Source: a virus
Virus record (IMG/VR): IMGVR_UViG_3300035210_000132
Location: 28,596-92,595 of that record
Direction: 5' to 3' (one strand)
Length of the DNA stretch: 64,000 bases
Shown here one piece after another: positions 57,625 through 64,000 of this stretch (position 1 is the stretch's first letter; the number at the start of each line of letters is the position of its first letter). The notes beneath the pieces were generated by a model. The model saw only the letters and a program-made list of their open reading frames with translations, was not told the origin of the DNA and searched no databases. Position numbers and translations under genes: made by a program.

Positions 57625-58314
57625 ATGGAAACGTTTCGAGCGTTCTGGGCAAGTTGGGGTCCGTGGATCACTGTGAGTCTAATTCCGACCTTGATCACAG
57701 GATTGTCACTGTCACCAGCTACAGCTGGGACCGTGAGTACCGTTCAGAAGGTCTGGGATCTCATCAAGCAGGTCCTGGCTTTCCTCTCCGTGGCGACCTT
57801 CAAGGATCAGCCGGGAACCTTCCAACTCCCAGTGGTCGGAGGACTCAAGATGACGAAACAGCTGCGCATGGCCAAGAAGCCCGTTACTCCCAACAGTGGC
57901 AACCTCGGAGGACCCGGACTGGCCTTGGTGATCTGCTTTGCCCTGATCCAGAACGCTTGCTGCGCCTGGACGGGGACCTGTAAGACGGTTCCAGGGCAGA
58001 TAGCTACAGATGTGATCGATTGTGGCAAGGACTCTATCAAGGCTGAAGTCGCACATCTTCTACCTACGGTTGTTGCTATCTTGACCGGAGGTGCACCGGA
58101 CTGGTCGAGTCAGCTCGATGCCCTGAAGATCATGGGCTTCGAGGCCTTGTCCTGTGCCATCGCAGCTGCTGCCCAAGATCTCCAGAACCTGATGGCTGCT
58201 CCTGGGCCTTCGGGAGTGCTGAGCTCGACCAGCACCAAGGCCGCTTCTGACAAGCACAAAGCCGATACCTGGCTGAAGACCTACAAGGTCACGTTCAGCA
58301 ACGTGGAGAAGTAG
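57625..58314 (+). CDS. Membrane protein with 3-4 predicted TM segments (229 aa). Holin-like candidate.
   Basis: SD AAGGAGG 9 nt upstream. TM-like segments 'WASWGPWITVSLIPTLITGLSL', 'GLALVICFALIQNACCAW' and 'LLPTVVAILTGGA'. Immediately precedes the peptidase gene. Confidence 0.5.
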   Translation: METFRAFWASWGPWITVSLIPTLITGLSLSPATAGTVSTVQKVWDLIKQVLAFLSVATFKDQPGTFQLPVVGGLKMTKQLRMAKKPVTPNSGNLGGPGLALVICFALIQNACCAWTGTCKTVPGQIATDVIDCGKDSIKAEVAHLLPTVVAILTGGAPDWSSQLDALKIMGFEALSCAIAAAAQDLQNLMAAPGPSGVLSSTSTKAASDKHKADTWLKTYKVTFSNVEK

Positions 58315-58315
58315 C

Positions 58316-59110
58316 ATGCCTCTGCATCAGGAGATCAACGGCAAGCTCCGCAACATGTATGGCTGGCGTAGAGATCTCCCCGATCACCGGGACGAGAACT
58401 ACAAGGTCATCTTCGACCGCAAGGTTATGCCCAGGATGCTTGATCTATCGGCTAACTGCCCCAGGACCGAGGATCAAGGTGGCTTGGGCAGCTGTACCGC
58501 CAACGCCGCGACTTCAGCCATGGAGTTCCTCTACAAGAAGGTAGGCAAGTCCCAGCCCGAGCTCTCTCGCCGATTCCTGTACTTCGCTACCCGAGTCTGG
58601 ATCGCCCACGGTCTCCCTGGGGATGATAGTGGGGCCCAGATCCGTGATGTCATGAAGGCTCTGGCCAAGTACGGAGTCTGCCTGGAGACCACCTGGCCCT
58701 ACGATATCGATCAGTTTTCAGTCTCTCCTTCGCAACAAGCGCGGGAAGATGCCCTGACGCACCAGATCACCAAGTACTCCCGCCTGCCCAACGTCTCGAC
58801 CATCCGGGCTTGCATGGCCCAGGGCTATCCGGCAGTAGGAGGATTCTCGGTCCCTGCCAGCATGATGGATGAGGAGACCAGCAAGACGGGGATCGTCAAG
58901 CTACCAGGAAAGAACGAAGAGTTCATCGGAGGACATTGTGTGTTCTTCGTCGGCTACGACGACTACAAGCAACTCCTCAAGTTCCAGAATTCTTGGGGAG
59001 AGAGCTGGGGAGACGACGGCTTCGGCTACCTGCCCTATGACTATGTCACCAACTGGCTTGCCAGTGACTTCTGGTCTATCCAGGACGAGGAATTCGCAGC
59101 CGCTGCCTAG
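58316..59110 (+). CDS. Papain-like cysteine peptidase, MEROPS C1 family type (264 aa).
   Basis: Catalytic-Cys block 'QGGLGSCTANAATSAMEF', His block 'GGHCVFFVGYDD' and the Asn/Trp block 'NSWGESWGDDGFGYLPY' match C1A signatures. Confidence 0.65.
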   Translation: MPLHQEINGKLRNMYGWRRDLPDHRDENYKVIFDRKVMPRMLDLSANCPRTEDQGGLGSCTANAATSAMEFLYKKVGKSQPELSRRFLYFATRVWIAHGLPGDDSGAQIRDVMKALAKYGVCLETTWPYDIDQFSVSPSQQAREDALTHQITKYSRLPNVSTIRACMAQGYPAVGGFSVPASMMDEETSKTGIVKLPGKNEEFIGGHCVFFVGYDDYKQLLKFQNSWGESWGDDGFGYLPYDYVTNWLASDFWSIQDEEFAAAA

Positions 59111-59121
59111 GAGACTTATAA

Positions 59122-59520
59122 ATGAACGTCCTCTACGACAAAGGTCGCCAGGGTTTCCTGGATGGCTTGATCTCATGGACCAGCAATGTCATCAAGGCGG
59201 TCCTGGTCGACACAGCATCGTACACGGTCAACCTCGCCACGGATCAGTACCTGAGTATCATCCCAGGCGGGGCGAAGCTTGCGACCTCGAGCGCCTTCAC
59301 CAACAAGACCAGTGTTGCTGGGGCAGCTGATGCTGACGACCTGCTCTTCCCGGCAGTTATGGGAGGGAGCACAGCCAGAGCCGTGGTGATCTACCAGGAC
59401 ACAGGGGATCCGGCTACCAGCCGGCTCATTGCCTTCGAGAACGTGGCCAACACACTGCCCCTGGCTACTTCGGGAAGTGACGTCCTGATCGAGTGGGCTT
59501 CTTACATCTTCAAGCTCTAG
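59122..59520 (+). CDS. P2 gpH N-terminal-like 'tail-collar fibre' domain protein (132 aa). Candidate fibre or baseplate adaptor.
   Basis: 'LLFPAVMGGSTARAVVIYQDTGDPATSRLIAFEN' compared with gpH 'IPPEVGGFWMRELGLYDDAGTLIAVAN'. SD AGGAG. Confidence 0.4.
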   Translation: MNVLYDKGRQGFLDGLISWTSNVIKAVLVDTASYTVNLATDQYLSIIPGGAKLATSSAFTNKTSVAGAADADDLLFPAVMGGSTARAVVIYQDTGDPATSRLIAFENVANTLPLATSGSDVLIEWASYIFKL

Positions 59521-59531
59521 AGGAGTAGCAG

Positions 59532-60578
59532 ATGCCAGGCTCGATCCCATCTCAGATCAAGACGTGGGAACACAACGTCAACCTCCTGGTGTCAAGCACT
59601 GGGGTGGACGGCAGCACCGACAAGTCCATCCTCCTCACTATCAAAAATGCCCTGATCGGCTTCGCAAACGTTCCCTGCGTGGTCAAGGGATCCTCCAACG
59701 GCTCTAGTGCCGGAGCTATGGATGGAGTAGATCGCTGGGGCAGCATAGCCAGTATCAACCAGGGAGGTGTGGGCTCTAACCACTCCTGGATCGTTCTTGA
59801 ATTCCCTGGAGTCAACAACGGATCTGGAGGGAAGCTCCAAGTCTGCTTCGAGTACACCACCCTTGGCGCTGGTAACATCGACAACTGGATCCTGAAGATC
59901 TCTCCTGCGGCTGGCTTCACAGGAGGTTCTGTAAACACAGCACCTTCGGCTACCGACGTCATTTCCCTCCAGACGGTCTCCATCGCCTTCGCCTACAACT
60001 ACCCCGGGGTACCGAAGCCCCATCGCCTGCACTTCTTTCATTCTACGGACGGCGCCATCACTCACCTGGTCATCTCTGCCAACAACACGTCCCTTTGCCA
60101 CTTCATGTTTGCGGCAGTGACGCCTACAGTCGATGCGGTCACCACAGGACAGCCCGCTGGCTGGAACTACCCCTGTATCGTCTCCGCTGAAGCGGCTAGC
60201 GCAGGAGGAACAAACAACCTAACGCCTGCCAACTATACCACCTACGGGCTCAAGCACGCCAGCATCCACAACGGCCTCGGACTGGCCTGTGGCTTCGAGT
60301 GGGAGGGAGGATCTTCCTTCATTGCTGCAGGGGGCATGGCAGAAGTGCCGAACGATATTACGGGACAGTACCCCATGCTGCCTTATGGCATCTGGTCCAA
60401 TACAGGAGGCGGGAATGGAAGATACGGCTACGTACAAGATATGTGGTTTATTTCTTCCACGGCGTTTGCCTCTATCGGTTCGACCATCGGCGCAGACGAC
60501 AACCATCGTCGCTGGGCCGTGTTTGGATGTCTCGTACTACCATGGCTAAACGATAGCACGCTTCCTCTAGGGAGTTGA
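59532..60578 (+). CDS. Structural/adhesin-like protein (348 aa), tandem paralog A.
   Basis: Shares N-terminal ('MPGSIP..KT.E...IGFANVPC.VKGSSNG..AGAMDGVDRW') and C-terminal ('DDNHR.WAVFGCLVLPW.ND.T.P') blocks with the next gene. SD GAGGAG. Confidence 0.55.
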   Translation: MPGSIPSQIKTWEHNVNLLVSSTGVDGSTDKSILLTIKNALIGFANVPCVVKGSSNGSSAGAMDGVDRWGSIASINQGGVGSNHSWIVLEFPGVNNGSGGKLQVCFEYTTLGAGNIDNWILKISPAAGFTGGSVNTAPSATDVISLQTVSIAFAYNYPGVPKPHRLHFFHSTDGAITHLVISANNTSLCHFMFAAVTPTVDAVTTGQPAGWNYPCIVSAEAASAGGTNNLTPANYTTYGLKHASIHNGLGLACGFEWEGGSSFIAAGGMAEVPNDITGQYPMLPYGIWSNTGGGNGRYGYVQDMWFISSTAFASIGSTIGADDNHRRWAVFGCLVLPWLNDSTLPLGS

Positions 60579-60580
60579 AC

Positions 60581-61600
60581 ATGCCTGGCTCAATCCCGAC
60601 TCCCCTCAAGACCTACGAGATTCACGCCAACAACTCCTTCGTCAATAACAACAGTTCACCCAACGATCCTAGGAATGATCTGTTTACTGTCAAGAGCGCT
60701 CTCATAGGGTTCGCCAATGTACCTTGTATTGTCAAGGGCAGCAGCAATGGTGCTGGTGCTGGTGCTATGGATGGTGTCGATCGTTGGGCAGGCACAGGAA
60801 ACCTGAACTGGGCTCTTGCTGGATCGAACCACTCGTGGATTGTTCTTGAGTTTCCAAGGATCAACGATGGAGCAGGACACAAACTACAGCTGTGCTTTGA
60901 TCTGAACTTTAGCTCTCCTTCAGCGAATATAACTATTGTAGTTTCTCCAAAAGGTTTTTCGGGTGGAAGCGCCACGGCCAGACCGACTGCTTCAGACGAG
61001 GTCAGCCTTGGCACCATCGTCCTTCCTAGCGGATCAGGAACAGTGCGTTGGCAATCCATTCACGCTACAGATGGAACAACTACACACATCATATTTTCCT
61101 CTAGTAACGTCGTCGTAGCTTGGTGGATGTTTTCCACAGTTATCCCTACCATCGATGCTGTAACCACGGGACAGCCGACAGGCTGGGACTACCCCTTCGT
61201 AGTCTGGGTAGAGGCAGCTTCCAATCTTTCGAATCCAGTGATGACCCCTGCCAACATTATCTCGTACCAACCTAGACACGCTGGAAGCCACGCAGGAATA
61301 GACCTGGGGCTGGCTCTGACCATAGAGGGTGGTGCCACTACCATCAACAGTGGGGGATCTGGGGCATCCCAGCACGCCATCACTTCTCAATACCCGATGT
61401 TGCCACATGGTGTCTGGTGCAACGTAGTGGGGGCAAGAGGGCGGCTAGGGTACATCCCAGACCTCTGGTTCGTATCTACGACCGCCTTTTCCCAGATTGG
61501 ATCTACCTTAGGAGAAGATGACAACCACCGGAAATGGGCCGTTTTCGGGTGCTTGGTACTGCCCTGGACCAACGATACTACCGTACCAGCGGGAGCGTAG
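60581..61600 (+). CDS. Structural/adhesin-like protein (339 aa from the ATG at 60581), tandem paralog B.
   Basis: Start moved from the track's TTG (60575) to the ATG that aligns with paralog A's 'MPGSIP' and has the SD GGGAG 6 nt upstream. Confidence 0.55.
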   Translation: MPGSIPTPLKTYEIHANNSFVNNNSSPNDPRNDLFTVKSALIGFANVPCIVKGSSNGAGAGAMDGVDRWAGTGNLNWALAGSNHSWIVLEFPRINDGAGHKLQLCFDLNFSSPSANITIVVSPKGFSGGSATARPTASDEVSLGTIVLPSGSGTVRWQSIHATDGTTTHIIFSSSNVVVAWWMFSTVIPTIDAVTTGQPTGWDYPFVVWVEAASNLSNPVMTPANIISYQPRHAGSHAGIDLGLALTIEGGATTINSGGSGASQHAITSQYPMLPHGVWCNVVGARGRLGYIPDLWFVSTTAFSQIGSTLGEDDNHRKWAVFGCLVLPWTNDTTVPAGA

Positions 61601-61603
61601 TAG

Positions 61604-63811
61604 ATGGCCAACTTCACAAATCTTGAGAAGCAAACCTACGTTGGTTTCTACTCAGGCATCCCTGACGTCTATAAATCCCTGGCGGTCGTAGCTGTACAAT
61701 CCTCTAAGAAAGACCGCTTTGGTAGGGCCCCCAGTTGCGACCTTCTAGGCCCTACCAACGGAACCACCATCAACAAGACTACTCCATTGGTCTTTCGCAT
61801 CACCGACCCTGATGCTGAGGCCTCTACTGCCAGTGTTGTCCTGACCATCTCGAGAACCCCGAATGCGGAGACTGTAGATATGATCCGAGCCGGCACCAGG
61901 GTCTACTCGGAAGGCGGTACCAAGGCGACGGTCACCGTTACCTTCACCAGATCCGAAAACATCTCTTATCGGTCGGTGCGCTACGCAGCGGGGACACGCT
62001 TCTACAACGCCTTTGCTAGCCGAGCCTACCTGATCAACAAAGAGGTCTATCTGTCCTCGACCTCAGCTGCCGGCTACCCTTCGAGTGTGACCTGTACTGC
62101 CGAGGCATATGGCTACGACCCCTACATCTGGGGAGAGATTCCAGCAGGAGCCAAGATCTTCACCGACCCTGATGGTTCTTCGGATGTGGTAGGCACACAG
62201 ATTGTCTACTACCCTCAAACAGAAGATCAGGGCTGGGTTCAATGGCAACCCAACCATGCCTACTCCCTTGGAGATCAGATCGGGCACAATGGAAACGTCT
62301 ATCTTTGCTACCAGGCGGGTGTTTCTGGAACTCAAGGTCCGTCGGGGCTACTGAACATCGCAGACGGTACCGTGTGGTGGTCCTATCGCTTCGAGGACAC
62401 CAAGAGCCGTATCACCATGGCCATCGCGCATGCCCAGAGCACACCCCCAGCAGGAAAGATCCCAGCTGGCTACCGACTGCAGGCCGGTAGTGGGCAGTAC
62501 TTCCGAGTTATTTCTGATACGGTAGTTGGGGCAGGCGTCACGAGCTACAATGTCGCTTGCCAGGCTGAGGAAGCCGGTATAGACGGGAACGTTCCCGCCA
62601 ACACCATCAGACTCCAGCCCGCCCAAACCCTACCAGCAGGATCGAACTTCGACCCCAACTGGACAGTAGACAACGCTGCCCCTGCTAGCGGGGGTACGGG
62701 AGCCACAGACTCGGTCAGCTTCTACACCAGAGAAGTCGGTGTGCTTCTTCCAGGATCCGATGTCTGTTACGTTTGGGCCGATGCCGAGGTACCAGGAAGT
62801 CTGGGAAATGCTCCGGCGGGATCGTTGACCCAGCTGCGCTTCGAAGGGGTCGCGTATAGCATCGCGGGCCTGACCTGCACCAACACCCTACCCGCCTCAG
62901 GGGGAGAAGACTCGTCAGCTCTAGAGAGAGCTCTTCCTTGTATCAAGTTCAACATCTCTGGTCGAGTAGAGAGCGTTCACGACGGCACGACCTTCATGCC
63001 AGGTTATGCTGACTTGTCTGCCATCGAGTCAGTTCCAGGGGGCTATCTCTACAGTGTAAAAAGAACGGGAGGGTGGACGGACACCTCTATCACACTCTAC
63101 CCCGCTGCCTACGATGTTTCTGGTAATGAGATGGCTCCCATCTCGGTGGGGTCTTGGGCAGTTTCCATCCCTTCTCTGTCTGTCACTCTGGTGTCTCCGA
63201 CCAACGGCGCCGAGCTCCTCACCAACGCAGACCCTCTCGTAGTCGACCTGGTAGGCGACATCGTTACGGGCGAAGTCGTGGTCAACAGCGAGCTCGTGTA
63301 CGCTGCCGGAGCGTTTCAGACAGGCTTCTTGGCAAGCTCGACCAAAGTCGCTGTCACCGACGGCTACCGGTTGTCGATCGTGAGAGACGCTGGCTGGGTG
63401 CTGAACCCGACCATGTCGGTGCTCTTGATCGACACTCGAGGCAACCACCAGACGGCGTACTACACCTGGCTCTGGGGAGCGTCGATCACAGGAACTCCTC
63501 CTGTCATCACCATCATCTCTCCTCCTGCTAATGACCATGGGCGCAGCATCTACGCCAATACCTTCCTGGTCTTCGAGGTCACGGATCCCGATGACAACCT
63601 ACGGGGCTTCTACCCCATCATCTACTATCCAGATGGCAGCGACGCCCTGGTTCATGATGGCACGAGTTTCAGGCCCAACTTCGCGACGTACTCGACTCGG
63701 GATGTGATCACCCACGGCTACCGCTTCCGCATACGGCCAAACGGCGGCTGGGCAAAGTCCCCATCACTCTTCCCTGTGGGCTACGATGAGGTCGGCCTGG
63801 AGATTCCATGA
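61604..63811 (+). CDS. Large beta-rich protein (735 aa) with a CBM5/12-like (chitin-binding type 3) motif. Candidate receptor-binding or glycan-binding tail protein.
   Basis: 'WVQWQPNHAYSLGDQIGHNGNVYLCYQAGVSG' fits the CBM5/12 'W....Y..GD.V..NG..Y.C.Q' pattern. SD GGGAG. Confidence 0.5.
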   Translation: MANFTNLEKQTYVGFYSGIPDVYKSLAVVAVQSSKKDRFGRAPSCDLLGPTNGTTINKTTPLVFRITDPDAEASTASVVLTISRTPNAETVDMIRAGTRVYSEGGTKATVTVTFTRSENISYRSVRYAAGTRFYNAFASRAYLINKEVYLSSTSAAGYPSSVTCTAEAYGYDPYIWGEIPAGAKIFTDPDGSSDVVGTQIVYYPQTEDQGWVQWQPNHAYSLGDQIGHNGNVYLCYQAGVSGTQGPSGLLNIADGTVWWSYRFEDTKSRITMAIAHAQSTPPAGKIPAGYRLQAGSGQYFRVISDTVVGAGVTSYNVACQAEEAGIDGNVPANTIRLQPAQTLPAGSNFDPNWTVDNAAPASGGTGATDSVSFYTREVGVLLPGSDVCYVWADAEVPGSLGNAPAGSLTQLRFEGVAYSIAGLTCTNTLPASGGEDSSALERALPCIKFNISGRVESVHDGTTFMPGYADLSAIESVPGGYLYSVKRTGGWTDTSITLYPAAYDVSGNEMAPISVGSWAVSIPSLSVTLVSPTNGAELLTNADPLVVDLVGDIVTGEVVVNSELVYAAGAFQTGFLASSTKVAVTDGYRLSIVRDAGWVLNPTMSVLLIDTRGNHQTAYYTWLWGASITGTPPVITIISPPANDHGRSIYANTFLVFEVTDPDDNLRGFYPIIYYPDGSDALVHDGTSFRPNFATYSTRDVITHGYRFRIRPNGGWAKSPSLFPVGYDEVGLEIP

Positions 63812-64000
63812 GCCCGAGCATCTACGAGTGGTACCTGGTCACCGATGTCCTGCACTGCCTGATGGAGGCTATTCCCTCGGCAGAGCTCTTCCCGACGCCT
63901 ACGATCTACCGTGATCACAAAGACATCCCCTTTGCGCCCATCCCATCAGCAGAGGACTTTCCTCTTCCTACGGTCCGGCTCTACGCAACTTCAGTAGCCA
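63808..64000 (+). CDS. 3'-partial gene (at least 64 codons, MSPSIYEWYLVTDVLHCLMEAIPSAELFPTPTIYRDHKDIPFAPIP...) that continues beyond the window.
   Basis: The ATG at 63808 overlaps the TGA of the upstream gene (ATGA coupling). The frame is open to the end of the window. Confidence 0.45.
   Translation, partial: MSPSIYEWYLVTDVLHCLMEAIPSAELFPTPTIYRDHKDIPFAPIPSAEDFPLPTVRLYATSVA

Noticed and set aside
59532-63811. Diversity-generating retroelement targeting the duplicated fibre-like genes.
   Set aside because: No reverse-transcriptase ORF (no YxDD-type motif) and no near-identical template/variable repeat pair were seen in the window. The paralogs differ throughout their central regions rather than at adenine-specific sites.
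1-64000. CRISPR arrays, tRNA genes, integrase or transposase, and terminase large subunit.
   Set aside because: No short regularly spaced direct repeats, no cloverleaf-compatible intergenic segments, no tyrosine/serine recombinase or DDE motifs and no Walker-A-containing large ORF were found by eye. They may lie outside the window, and a dedicated scan (tRNAscan or similar) would be needed to exclude tRNAs fully.

Overview
This window reads as a contiguous piece of a high-GC (roughly 55-60% by eye, with local peaks near 70%) double-stranded DNA phage genome, probably a large myovirus-like phage. No cellular housekeeping genes are present. About 44.6 kb (1173..45821) is one tightly packed minus-strand operon of large beta-rich, Ser/Thr/Gly-rich virion proteins. 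It contains a baseplate-J-like giant protein, several tail-fibre-like proteins (one with three internal ~130-aa repeats, one with a PKD-like N-terminus), a 650-aa protein with a very strong Shine-Dalgarno followed by two tandem ~145-aa paralogs (sheath/tube-like layout), and a 1330-aa protein carrying about 34 tandem 20-aa repeats (60-bp DNA periodicity). It also contains a 1184-aa Gly/Met-rich protein with glycine-zipper hydrophobic segments, and, embedded among the structural genes, a sigma-70-family factor. Many gene junctions overlap (ATGA/GTGA type), consistent with translational coupling. A single plus-strand ATP-dependent polynucleotide ligase (KxDG) sits between this operon and a ~9-kb minus-strand block of small early-type genes. 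That block holds a GroES-like co-chaperonin, two ribbon-helix-helix (RHH) proteins, a SWIM zinc finger and at least six other small Cys4 zinc-binding proteins. A plus-strand late cluster (57.3 kb to window end) encodes a multi-TM membrane protein, a papain-like C1 cysteine peptidase, a P2-gpH-N-terminal-like 'tail-collar' adaptor, two tandem paralogous ~340-aa proteins and a 735-aa protein with a CBM5/12-like motif. I found no terminase, no recognisable major capsid protein, no tRNA, no CRISPR array and no reverse transcriptase. I added two sub-60-aa genes the ORF track missed (a 58-aa HTH protein and a 56-aa protein), one 3'-partial gene at the window end, and corrected several start sites. 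All functional calls rest on motif-level reading by eye and need profile or structure searches to confirm.
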